The notes: generated by a model from the letters alone, not told the origin. Counted from the first letter of the stretch, positions 8,069-15,956 are shown. The stretch: DNA of 20,000 bases from an uncultured virus (IMG/VR IMGVR_UViG_3300030329_003010) (IMGVR_UViG_3300030329_003010), one strand, 5' to 3'. Numbers and translations are program-made.

Positions 8069-8487
8069 TAAGCATCATCTCCTAGATAAAATTCTTCTTC
8101 CAATCCAAATTCTTCTTTCAACATAAATTCTTCTCTCAACATAGTGATTACTCCATCAACAACATCGGGATATTTTTCACTATCGCGTTTGAAAGTCCAA
8201 TCAACAATCGGTACGACATCACACCAAGCATCTCCGGTATAATTAACGGCTACTGTTTGTTCATTTCCTGTTTCTTTGTTGAACAGTGTTACGTTACAAC
8301 CCTCAAAATTTTGGGCTTGATACGTCACTTCATCCAAATCAGAAAAGTCAATCGGTCTTACTTCTTCATATCCGTAACCCATCCAAGTTACCTCAAATCC
8401 TCGTTCTCTCATTTCCCAAAAGAAGGCGTATAAATTATCGCCAAACTTAAAGTTACAAATTCTTTCTTTCTTTATTCTTCCTCTCAT
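8068..8487 (-). CDS. Hypothetical acidic protein, 139 aa
   Basis: GGAG SD; ATGA overlap. Confidence 0.8.
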   Translation of the reverse strand: MRGRIKKERICNFKFGDNLYAFFWEMRERGFEVTWMGYGYEEVRPIDFSDLDEVTYQAQNFEGCNVTLFNKETGNEQTVAVNYTGDAWCDVVPIVDWTFKRDSEKYPDVVDGVITMLREEFMLKEEFGLEEEFYLGDDA

Positions 8488-8792
8488 TGTTTCACACTCC
8501 TTTTTTCTGCCCTATCGTAAGCATAATCCCATAAATCCTGTACTGAATCCTCTAAGATGTCTCCAGCATTATCATAATAGTCGGTCCAAACTAATCTTCC
8601 TCGACCCAATGATTTTCTGTATAAATCATCTTCTGAAAATCCAACAACAGGTTTGTAAGTTGGCTTCGCCCCAAGATGCGAACCAGTTTCAACTACACCA
8701 ATCCAAATAGTAGTATTACTATTTACCGATTGAGGTAAATCATCATTCGCTTCAAAAATTTCTTCTGCTAATTTGTCTATGTTATTCGTCAT
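8484..8792 (-). CDS. Hypothetical protein, 102 aa
   Basis: ATG 29 nt from a TATA start. Confidence 0.85.
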   Translation of the reverse strand: MTNNIDKLAEEIFEANDDLPQSVNSNTTIWIGVVETGSHLGAKPTYKPVVGFSEDDLYRKSLGRGRLVWTDYYDNAGDILEDSVQDLWDYAYDRAEKRSVKQ

Positions 8793-8813
8793 ATTTAGTC
8801 CTCTCCTTTCAAC

Positions 8814-8845
8814 TATTTATACCTTCCGATGGCGGGTCCGTAAGG
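8814..8845 (-). promoter_or_regulatory. Class A promoter
   Basis: CCTTACGGACCCGC-N10-TATAAATA; ATG 8792 at +29. Confidence 0.85.
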
Positions 8846-8846
8846 T

Positions 8847-9188
8847 TTACCAATCCTCCACGATTATACCGATTTGAATTTCTCTCCAATCCATTATACC
8901 ACCGGCTACATTCCTATCATAACCCCAAACAGGGATTACAGTGGTGTAGTCCTCAATATCCTCATCATCATCTAGGCCATAGGCTTCTCGGATTTCATCT
9001 TCATCCTCATATTCGGTATATCCACAACAAATTGCGATAGGGTCATATTCAATCTCCTCGCCTATATCGTCTTCTAATTGTTCAAAGTATTCAAACAAGG
9101 CTACTCTTCCCTCATAAGAGAAGTTATCCCCTCGGCCACAAAGCCTAAATCCGTCTATAAATGCGCTTCTAGTAACATGTTCTTTCAT
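8847..9188 (-). CDS. Conserved acidic viral protein (GR.DNFSYEG..ALF.Y.E.LE.D.GEEIE.D.IAICC family)
   Basis: Motif recognised from widespread phage hypothetical proteins; GAGGGTGA SD. Confidence 0.8.
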   Translation of the reverse strand: MKEHVTRSAFIDGFRLCGRGDNFSYEGRVALFEYFEQLEDDIGEEIEYDPIAICCGYTEYEDEDEIREAYGLDDDEDIEDYTTVIPVWGYDRNVAGGIMDWREIQIGIIVEDW

Positions 9189-9448
9189 TAATAATCACCC
9201 TCTTCATAGTATTTTTCAATATGTAATTCTAATTCGTGAATAGCATCGGGATGTATATTCGCTTCATCCTTAGTATAAAGAACCCCACCAATCATTACTG
9301 AATTTTCATGATTCATCGGGTCTTGAAAAACCTCTTCAACATCGGGAGCGTATTCAAGAACCCACTTTTCATATTTTCTTAATCTACGAACCTGCATCCT
9401 AAGATATGCAATATCCTTTACTAATGTTAAAATTTCCTTATTACTCAT
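9188..9448 (-). CDS. Hypothetical protein, 86 aa
   Basis: Start re-assigned to MSNKEI, with GGAGGT SD. Confidence 0.8.
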   Translation of the reverse strand: MSNKEILTLVKDIAYLRMQVRRLRKYEKWVLEYAPDVEEVFQDPMNHENSVMIGGVLYTKDEANIHPDAIHELELHIEKYYEEGDY

Positions 9449-9449
9449 A

Positions 9450-9539
9450 TTAGTTACCTCCATAAAATACCATTACAGGTGAATTGCGTTTAATAAATTC
9501 CGTTAGGAATGTTGGTTGTGTGTTGCTTTCTTTGCTCAT
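9450..9539 (-). CDS. Leaderless micro-protein, 29 aa (MSKESNTQPTFLTEFIKRNSPVMVFYGGN; not in ORF track)
   Basis: ATG exactly 29 nt from a TATA start; stop lies 1 nt before the next ATG. Confidence 0.7.
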   Translation of the reverse strand: MSKESNTQPTFLTEFIKRNSPVMVFYGGN

Positions 9540-9560
9540 ATATACCCATTATCGCCCTAC

Positions 9561-9592
9561 TATATAAACCTGTCGATGGCGGGTTTGTAAGG
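9561..9592 (-). promoter_or_regulatory. Class A promoter
   Basis: CCTTACAAACCCGC-N10-TTTATATA; ATG 9539 at +29. Confidence 0.85.
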
Positions 9593-9717
9593 TTTTTTCG
9601 GCCATATTGTTTTTGTAACCGTAACAAAAAATAAAAAAACTTACGACCCCCTTCTCGGTCCTCCACCGCTACCGGATGAGGGTGGGCCAAAAAAGGGGCC
9701 GTAAAAGGTGAATGTAA

Positions 9718-10011
9718 TTAGTATATAGCGAATCCAATAAAAGGAGTAATCCTTTCATCGGGAAAATTTGTAATATACCAAGCGCGAGTCATCTTGTCGA
9801 TTCTTTCTAGCAAATTCATATATCTTGAGCCTACACCGTATTTTATGCCTCGTATTTCTACCCAAAACATATGTCTATCATAACAAGCATGGACTATTTC
9901 ACTAAACTCATCTTTTGTTTTACATTTAGACAATGCTATTCTCACAGTTTTTTCCCAACCATCAAAAGTTCGGGAGTTGTAAATGTAATCTACGGGTTTC
10001 ATCTTACTCAT
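9718..10011 (-). CDS. Hypothetical protein, 97 aa
   Basis: Start re-assigned to ATG 10011, 29 nt from a TATA start. Confidence 0.8.
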   Translation of the reverse strand: MSKMKPVDYIYNSRTFDGWEKTVRIALSKCKTKDEFSEIVHACYDRHMFWVEIRGIKYGVGSRYMNLLERIDKMTRAWYITNFPDERITPFIGFAIY

Positions 10012-10032
10012 ATATACCAATTATCGCTATAC

Positions 10033-10064
10033 TATTTATAGTTTGTGATAGCGGGTTCGTAAGG
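10033..10064 (-). promoter_or_regulatory. Class A promoter
   Basis: CCTTACGAACCCGC-N10-TATAAATA; ATG 10011 at +29. Confidence 0.85.
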
Positions 10065-10539
10065 TGTTTTTGTAACCCTAACTTTTTATTTTACCAACTT
10101 AAATGTTTTTGTAACCCTAACTTTTTGTAGCGGTTTTTTAGGATTTTGTTTTTGTAACCGTAAGTTTCGGCTGGAGAAAGCGGGTTACAAAAACTGTTTT
10201 TGTAACCGGCGCGAGCGAGCAAAAAAAATAGCGCGAAAAAAAACGGGTTACAAAAACTTATAGAAGTCTGTAACAATGCGTTACAAAAACTCTCTTAGGG
10301 TTTCGCTCGGAGTGAGGGATTTACCGACAAACGAAGCGAGGATAGTTGTTCCCTCGTTGGGTATGTAAGAATGGGTTACAAAAACTCTCTTATGTTTTTT
10401 TGGTTTCCAATGCACGCTCTCGGAGCCAATCCCTCGATACGCTAGAGCAAGGTGCTAAACTCGCCCTTGCGGGAAATCCCGCCTTTTTGTAAAGCCCCTT
10501 TCGGAGCCATTGGAATGTGATAGTGGGTTACAAAAACTT

Positions 10540-10980
10540 TTACTTCTTTCTTCTTACGTGATATACTGATGTGACCCTATGCCTTCGGCCACTTGTCCAG
10601 TCATGGATTTGACCTGCTCGGACACACAAAACATGACTTCTAGTGAAAACAATATACACGCCACGTTTCGGGATAATTCCGGCCCGTTGCATGGCTCCGA
10701 TGGTCATAGACGAACCGAATTTTTTCCTCCAAAGAGTCGGACTCATTTTATGATTACCTTCAACCGGCTCGGTTACAAAATCTAAATCCTTCATCGCTCT
10801 TAGCATTCTTGATTCACAAAGACCTTTTCGATAACTTCTACCACGAAGGGCGCATTTACCATGAGCAGTTTCATAATTTACGCCGGTAGCAATCGCAACC
10901 GCTTTGACCGTACAATCATTCATTTCGCCCCATTTATCAGAGGCTTTAGACATCTTCTTGAACAATTTTGATTCACTCAT
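10540..10980 (-). CDS. Putative papain-fold (C39-like) cysteine peptidase/amidase
   Basis: NDC..KA.AIATG..Y...H, then Y.V....H...V..G...DW, which gives a Cys/His/Asp arrangement typical of this viral family. Confidence 0.6.
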   Translation of the reverse strand: MSESKLFKKMSKASDKWGEMNDCTVKAVAIATGVNYETAHGKCALRGRSYRKGLCESRMLRAMKDLDFVTEPVEGNHKMSPTLWRKKFGSSMTIGAMQRAGIIPKRGVYIVFTRSHVLCVRAGQIHDWTSGRRHRVTSVYHVRRKK

Positions 10981-11084
10981 ATGGTTCTACCCTCCAGACC
11001 ACAGTTTTTACAACGATAACGGAGACTGTATGGAATTCTTTCAAGATGAAGTCTTGAACAACAAAGATAGTTTTCTGCACTCAT
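10977..11084 (-). CDS. Zn-finger micro-protein, 35 aa (not in ORF track)
   Basis: MSAENYLCC...RCKNCG; ATG 29 nt from a TATA start; ATGA overlap with the next gene. Confidence 0.75.
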   Translation of the reverse strand: MSAENYLCCSRLHLERIPYSLRYRCKNCGLEGRTI

Positions 11085-11105
11085 ATTTACTCCTCTCCTT
11101 CTTTA

Positions 11106-11137
11106 CTTATAACACTTTCGATAGCGGGTTCGTAAGG
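11106..11137 (-). promoter_or_regulatory. Class A promoter
   Basis: CCTTACGAACCCGC-N10-GTTATAAG; ATG 11084 at +29. Confidence 0.85.
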
Positions 11138-11175
11138 TGAATTTCATCCATATAATCATAATCTAAACCTACCAT
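11107..11175 (-). CDS. Possible 22-aa peptide overlapping a promoter copy
   Basis: TAATG-coupled ATG with GGGGG SD; MVGLDYDYMDEIHLTNPLSKVL. Confidence 0.35.
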   Translation of the reverse strand: MVGLDYDYMDEIHLTNPLSKVL

Positions 11176-11270
11176 TATATCGCCCCCTTCAATCTCAAAT
11201 TTTTGCACTCTCTACATTTGCATTTTGCTGGATTTCCGGCACACATTTCATCTAAAATATCTAGTATCAT
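11175..11270 (-). CDS. Cys-rich micro-protein, 31 aa (not in ORF track)
   Basis: MILDILDEMCAGNPAKCKCRECKNLRLKGAI; coupled at both ends. Confidence 0.6.
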   Translation of the reverse strand: MILDILDEMCAGNPAKCKCRECKNLRLKGAI

Positions 11271-11462
11271 TCAATAATCATCTCCATTAAAGCCCAATTT
11301 TTCATGAATGAGATATAGAATATAATCTACTTGTTCAAATTCAAAAGGGTGAACACTAACTGTATCGTAATTAACGAATTTTAAGATTTCACAACATGCA
11401 TTTTCAAGTCTTGATATTTGCTCATCCGACATTTTTTCTAATTTTCTCTTTATTAAATTCAT
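11271..11462 (-). CDS. Hypothetical protein, 63 aa
   Basis: GGTGG SD; ATGA overlap. Confidence 0.75.
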   Translation of the reverse strand: MNLIKRKLEKMSDEQISRLENACCEILKFVNYDTVSVHPFEFEQVDYILYLIHEKLGFNGDDY

Positions 11463-11575
11463 GAAGCCACCACCTTTTTAGTTTTACAATGAGGGCAATT
11501 TTTATCTTTACAGGAATCGGGCCAAAGAGTGACCATCAAATCATGACCAATTTTCATTTCGGGTTGTTCGCTCAT
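11459..11575 (-). CDS. Cys-rich micro-protein, 38 aa (not in ORF track)
   Basis: MSEQPEM...CKDKNCPHCK; GGGGGTGA SD; TAATG and ATGA coupling. Confidence 0.7.
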   Translation of the reverse strand: MSEQPEMKIGHDLMVTLWPDSCKDKNCPHCKTKKVVAS

Positions 11576-11892
11576 TAAAATTTCACCCCCAACCATTGTT
11601 CAATAACATAGTCATCATAAAATTGGCCGGATTGGTCAAAATATTCCCAAGGTAAATTTACGTTATTTTCTGGCGGTATGAAATCAGTATAACCTCTATC
11701 TTTTAGGAAATTGACTAATAACCAATTTTCTAACTCTTCAAGATTCATTGAATCAAGATACAGTGAATAAAATTTGTACAATTGAAGTATTCTAGTTTTA
11801 TATTTCCCAAAATCGACCCATTCCTCTTTCGTGAAATCTTTTTCAAAGGATTTCGCATGAGCAATTTTGTATGGAGTTAATTTAGTAATCAT
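11575..11892 (-). CDS. Hypothetical protein, 105 aa
   Basis: GAGGAGGAGG SD. Confidence 0.8.
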   Translation of the reverse strand: MITKLTPYKIAHAKSFEKDFTKEEWVDFGKYKTRILQLYKFYSLYLDSMNLEELENWLLVNFLKDRGYTDFIPPENNVNLPWEYFDQSGQFYDDYVIEQWLGVKF

Positions 11893-11893
11893 T

Positions 11894-12127
11894 TCAATTC
11901 CTCCTCCTCAATAACGGCATCTCGTTCTCATATTCAACGGTTCTTATCATCATTTCAAGAATCATATCTTCATAAGTTCTAGTTTGAAGTACGATATTTC
12001 CATTTTCATCCCTCAATGTCCAATACAATCTTATTTTACCATCGTAAGGATTTTCTAATTCTTCTCGGCAAATTTCAAGACCCATACATTCATGTTTAAC
12101 AATTCGATTTTCATAATTACTGTACAT
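11894..12127 (-). CDS. Hypothetical protein, 77 aa
   Basis: Coupled to both neighbours. Confidence 0.8.
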   Translation of the reverse strand: MYSNYENRIVKHECMGLEICREELENPYDGKIRLYWTLRDENGNIVLQTRTYEDMILEMMIRTVEYENEMPLLRRRN

Positions 12128-12286
12128 TTAATAATCCGCTCCATTAAATCCAAGTTCTGCAATTTCATTCAAAACCCAATCCGATAGGGGTGGGTAAGAA
12201 TTCAATCGCTCCTTTCTTTCATTCAATATTCTTTCAATTTTAGCAATTACCTTGGGGCAACGCTTTGGTAGGCTTCTTCCGCTCAT
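12128..12286 (-). CDS. Leaderless hypothetical protein, 52 aa, first gene of the minus block (not in ORF track)
   Basis: MSGRSLPKRCPKVIAK...LGFNGADY; ATG 29 nt from a TATA start; stop abuts the next ATG. Confidence 0.8.
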   Translation of the reverse strand: MSGRSLPKRCPKVIAKIERILNERKERLNSYPPLSDWVLNEIAELGFNGADY

Positions 12287-12307
12287 AATCAACAATTAGC
12301 AACCTAG

Positions 12308-12339
12308 TATTTATATATATCGGTAGCGGGTTTGTAAGG
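12308..12339 (-). promoter_or_regulatory. Class A promoter
   Basis: CCTTACAAACCCGC-N10-TATAAATA; ATG 12286 at +29. Confidence 0.85.
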
Positions 12340-12720
12340 TCATACTTATGAAGTTTTTGTAACCCGATAGTTCGGGGGAGGATTGAATCTTTTCTACTAT
12401 AAAGTATGACGCGCTCACGCGAGTATAGCGTTTTTGATTTTGTAACCCATTTTTGTAACCTGTTTGAGAGTGATAATATATTTCAAGTTTTTGTAACCGG
12501 ATATTTTCTGAACTGTTTTTGTAACCCCGAAAAGACCTACTGCCTCATTCACACTTGCTTTACTCTTTGCACTCGGTTTACTTTTTACACTAACTTTGTT
12601 TTTGTAACCGATGGTTGGGGGTCGATTTTGCTCTCTCTGTGGGGTTACAAAAACACTTTTTGGGTTACAAAAACACGTTTTGGGTTACAAAGACAGGTTA
12701 CAAAAACACGCTTTTGTAAC

Positions 12721-12747
12721 CCGAAAATCGTTAGACTGGTCGGCATT
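12721..12747 (+). repeat. 27-bp direct repeat, copy 2
   Basis: CCGAAAATCGTTAGACTGGTCGGCATT. Confidence 0.8.
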
Positions 12748-12813
12748 TTTTAATCGTCAAAAAATAACTACGATTTGCCCCTACTTTATCGAGATTTTAG
12801 CACTTTTTTGAAT

Positions 12814-12851
12814 TTCACTTTCAGTTTTTTCTGAAAGTGAACCTGAAAGTG
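12814..12851. repeat. Perfect 11-bp inverted repeat plus an extra half-site
   Basis: TTCACTTTCAG-TTTTTT-CTGAAAGTGAA, followed by CTGAAAGTG. Confidence 0.8.
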
Positions 12852-13200
12852 TTTACGTCTAGCGTTTTTTAAATTTTTGTAACTGTTTTTGTAACCGGTA
12901 AAATGTTATTTTTTTGTTTTTGTAACTTGTTTTTGTAACCGACCCTTACTATATATTAATTTAGCAAACATTATATACTATGAATGGTTTTTGTAACCGG
13001 ACCCAAATCGCCAGCATATCGGAGCCGTTTTCTTGAAGCATCCACTTACAAGTATATAAACAATTGGTTTTCGCCCCCCCACCATTGTTTTTGTAACCCA
13101 CAATGTTTTTGTAACCGCGCTGGTGTAAAAAATGCACTAAATTACTAAAAAAAACCTAAAAGGTTACAAAAACAGAAAAAACCTACAAATGCACAAATCA

Positions 13201-13236
13201 ACGAACATACTATAAGGGAAGGGGGTATCTCGTAAC
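13201..13236 (+). promoter_or_regulatory. BRE/TATA-like leaderless promoter
   Basis: ACGAACA-TACTATAAG about 29 nt before ATG 13237. Confidence 0.6.
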
Positions 13237-13704
13237 ATGAGCAAAGAATACGAGCGAGAAAATAAGCCGAAGTGGTGCAAGCCATGTAAGAAGACCAAGA
13301 GGGGCATCATTGTTGATGATTGCTTCATGTGTGTTGATTGTGCAACCGAAGAGGGTTATACAGTCATCAAGAAAAGCAACGCTAACAAGACCTCATTCAC
13401 ATCAAAAACAGGTAAGAAGTCAAGAGCAAAGCAGTTGAATGATATAGACGCTATGCACCGAGCAAATCAAGCCCGAAGGGTCAAGGCTACCCAAAGAGCA
13501 AAGATGGCCGCAGAGAGGCGTAAAATCGCACTTATGGAGGGTATGGTAGGCACTGATGGACTCGCTAACCATTTCCGTATGAATGGAGTGTGTAAGTGCT
13601 GCAAGGGTCGCCTTCCTGTTTCTCAAGCCGCATATGTTCACCGTGACGCTTTTGTAACCCCGAACAAAGTTCCAACCGTACTATGTAGGGGGTGCGTTGA
13701 ATGA
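13237..13704 (+). CDS. Basic Zn-binding protein, 155 aa; C-terminus resembles a degenerate HNH
   Basis: N-terminal CKPC/CVDC; C-terminal CKCC...H...N....LCRGC; leaderless promoter upstream. Confidence 0.75.
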   Translation: MSKEYERENKPKWCKPCKKTKRGIIVDDCFMCVDCATEEGYTVIKKSNANKTSFTSKTGKKSRAKQLNDIDAMHRANQARRVKATQRAKMAAERRKIALMEGMVGTDGLANHFRMNGVCKCCKGRLPVSQAAYVHRDAFVTPNKVPTVLCRGCVE

Positions 13705-13943
13705 AAACTCCATTAATTACCCAAGAGGTTTTTGTAACCGAAAAAATTGCTTGGAGAGATTTTGAAAACAAAGACCTTGGTAAAATTGTCGTTAAACAAA
13801 TCACCTACGGGCCGCCCGTAGTTATTGGTTATGTGGTCGAAGATGATGAAGGAATGGAGAAGAAGGTAGTTCACTACAAGAACGCCAAGAAGTCGATATA
13901 CAAAGAAGATTCGCCGTCATATTTGAATGAGGTATTCGGATGA
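13701..13943 (+). CDS. Hypothetical protein, 80 aa
   Basis: ATGA overlap; GGGGGTG SD. Confidence 0.8.
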   Translation: MKTPLITQEVFVTEKIAWRDFENKDLGKIVVKQITYGPPVVIGYVVEDDEGMEKKVVHYKNAKKSIYKEDSPSYLNEVFG

Positions 13944-13968
13944 GTTTTTGTAACCGGAGGTAATAAGT

Positions 13969-14085
13969 ATGTGTAGAATTTGTAAACAATGGGTGAAAGG
14001 TTATTCTTATGAAAATGGCTCCTTTAGAGGTCAACCTAAATTTTGGGATGGTATCTGTACAAATTGCGGTAGAGATGAAAGTTGA
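13969..14085 (+). CDS. Zn-finger micro-protein, 38 aa (not in ORF track)
   Basis: MCRICKQW...ICTNCGRDES; GGAGGT SD. Confidence 0.75.
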   Translation: MCRICKQWVKGYSYENGSFRGQPKFWDGICTNCGRDES

Positions 14086-14320
14086 TTTTGTAACCGTTTT
14101 TGTAACCTATCTCTGTACGTTTTTGTAACTCTGTATCTCTCTGTATCTCTGTACGTTTTTGTAACCGTTTTTGTAACCTGTGCAATTTTGTTTTTGTAAC
14201 CGAAGGCGCGTAGCGCGGACCCCGATACCACTTGAGATGCAGGTATATAATCATATGTTTTTGTAACCCATAAGGGTGCTTTTCCGAAACATATATATGC
14301 TGTGGTCCCCTCCCATTAAA

Positions 14321-14427
14321 TAGAGGAGGAGGAAGCGAGAACAGACCACTTGCGGAAGGTCGAAATTGAAAGGAGGATAGCACCGAGTAAAGGAGAGCCG
14401 TAAGAAGAACAGTCATAAGCAGTTTTT
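14321..14427 (+). ncRNA. Candidate purine-rich small RNA, about 100 nt
   Basis: Promoter CCGAAACA-TATATATG at 14284-14299 matches those of neighbouring genes, but no ATG follows; ends at a T-tract motif copy. Confidence 0.4.
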
Positions 14428-14730
14428 GTAACCTAGTCCCACACCCCCCCGTAACCAATAAGACCTAACTACTTGCTTTTGTAACCGGCTGCTATACCAA
14501 CCACGGCGAAGTCACTGGGCTACGGGATAAGGGGGGGCGTGAAACTTTTTTTGTAACCCAGTTTTTGTAACTGGGTTATTTTTTTTGTAACCTAGAATGT
14601 TTTTGTAACCCACACTCTCTGTGTGTTTTTGTAACCTAATTTCTCTCTGTGTGTTTTTGTAACCCACACTCTCTGTTTGTTTTTGTAACCCAAGACGCGA
14701 AGCGTAAAAAATGTTTTTGTAACCCATTAT

Positions 14731-14806
14731 GTACAAAAACAAAATTGTTTTTGTAACCTATAACTACAATCCAAACATATATAAGGGGACACCCTATCCG
14801 ACAAAT
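14731..14806 (+). promoter_or_regulatory. Class B promoter (inverted motif pair, TATA, leaderless ATG)
   Basis: GTACAAAAACAAAATTGTTTTTGTAACC-N19-TATATAAG; ATG at +29. Confidence 0.8.
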
Positions 14807-15286
14807 ATGGGTACTAGATGTAACATACGAATAACAGATGAACGAGATGAATTATGGTTTTACCGTCATTATGACGGTTATCCCGATATGATTATACCGG
14901 ATTTGGCCCCGTTAATGGAAGCCTTGCAGAATGGTCATGTTCGCGATAATGTTGGCCAATTTAGCGGTTGGTTAATAGTAATCGGAAATAAGGATATGTG
15001 GAGCAATAGAAGCCTCCCAACAGGTAGAATGCGCGAGGGTGGTTATTCAGCATGGAAATGCGGAAACTATGAGCCAACAACAGGCAGACACGGAGACATA
15101 GACTTCCTTTATCATATCGACCTAGTTCAAAAAACTATGACGGTTTACAACGGATGGACCGGAGAAGAAGAAGATTTGGCTAAATTTTTTCCCCATGAAG
15201 TTATAGAGTGTTATCCCTATATCTCCTATCTTGATTTTGTAACCAACGAAAATTCTTATGGATATGAAGGTTGTAATTGGTCGTGA
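14807..15286 (+). CDS. Conserved viral protein with the MGTR...YRHYDGYP motif, 159 aa
   Basis: Start re-assigned to 29 nt after TATATAAG; the M.TR..I and Y.H.DGYP motifs mark a widespread phage family of unknown function. Confidence 0.85.
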   Translation: MGTRCNIRITDERDELWFYRHYDGYPDMIIPDLAPLMEALQNGHVRDNVGQFSGWLIVIGNKDMWSNRSLPTGRMREGGYSAWKCGNYEPTTGRHGDIDFLYHIDLVQKTMTVYNGWTGEEEDLAKFFPHEVIECYPYISYLDFVTNENSYGYEGCNWS

Positions 15287-15372
15287 TTTTGTAACCGTTT
15301 TTGTAACTCTCTCTCTTTAGTTTTTGTAACCAAAACTTTTTTTGTTTTTGTAACCGAATATTTCCTAGCACT

Positions 15373-15447
15373 GGCTACAAAAACAATTGTTTTTGTAACC
15401 CCATAACTTAACGAAACATATATAAGCGGAGGCTACATCTCACAAAT
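15373..15447 (+). promoter_or_regulatory. Class B promoter
   Basis: GGCTACAAAAACAATTGTTTTTGTAACC-N18-TATATAAG; ATG at +29. Confidence 0.8.
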
Positions 15448-15639
15448 ATGGAGCATTACCGTAACCATATGGTATCGAACAGGAGATACCACAAAGAACG
15501 ACGTTTGAACGCCAAGAAGCAGAAGAAAGCACTAGAGAAGGCCAAAGAGTCCACTCAAGTAGCCATGAAATTCGCATTCGCTACACGAAGCATATGCCTA
15601 AAATACGGCTACCGCTTAGAAAAGGAGGTTGAAGTTTAA
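15448..15639 (+). CDS. Small basic protein, 63 aa
   Basis: ATG 29 nt from a TATA start. Confidence 0.8.
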   Translation: MEHYRNHMVSNRRYHKERRLNAKKQKKALEKAKESTQVAMKFAFATRSICLKYGYRLEKEVEV

Positions 15640-15836
15640 TGTGCGAAAAATGTAAAAACGACGATGGATTGAAAGAGCATTTGAGGATTAAAGATGAGTC
15701 ACTAACTAACGGCTTGATTTATTGGTTCTGTCCCGATTGTGGTAGAATAGACAAACCATATCATGATAGATTCAATAAGTTAGGGTTCGGAGTATGGATA
15801 TGGGGTTCGCCCGATTGGATGATTCATGATGAATGA
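15639..15836 (+). CDS. Zn-finger protein, 65 aa
   Basis: CEKC...CPDCG; GGAGGT SD; TAATG coupling. Confidence 0.8.
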   Translation: MCEKCKNDDGLKEHLRIKDESLTNGLIYWFCPDCGRIDKPYHDRFNKLGFGVWIWGSPDWMIHDE

Positions 15837-15897
15837 TTTTGTAACCCTTTCTCTGTATGTTTTTGTAACCGAGGGATAAATATGTTTTTCATTTTTG

Positions 15898-15956
15898 TTT
15901 TTGTAACCGGACTACTCATTCCAAACCATTATATACCCGCACCACTTCGTAGGGGT
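15898..15956 (+). promoter_or_regulatory. Class B promoter
   Basis: TTTTTGTAACC-N19-ATTATATA; ATG at +29. Confidence 0.8.

Noticed and set aside
9490..9690. 66-aa minus-strand ORF from the track
   Set aside because: It runs through a promoter and repeat; the 29-aa ORF 9450..9539 fits the promoter geometry and coupling better.
40..11140. Plus-strand ORFs within the left block (40, 447, 1319, 1886, 2225, 2798, 3940, 7871, 9933, 10579, 10904)
   Set aside because: They are antisense to well-coupled minus-strand genes and lack SD or promoter support.
12406..12811. Plus-strand ORFs 12406..12753 and 12611..12811
   Set aside because: They are translations of the repeat (FVT/FCN/GYK/LQK) with no SD or promoter geometry.
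14031..14742. Minus-strand ORFs rich in VTK/LQK/GYK (also 10091, 16560, 17257, 17465, 18118)
   Set aside because: They are antisense shadows of the repeat field.
14547..14758. CRISPR mini-array (GTTTTTGTAAC... resembles the start of some type II repeats)
   Set aside because: The conserved unit is only ~11 nt, spacers are short, variable and low-complexity, orientation is mixed elsewhere, copies occur inside genes, and there are no cas genes.
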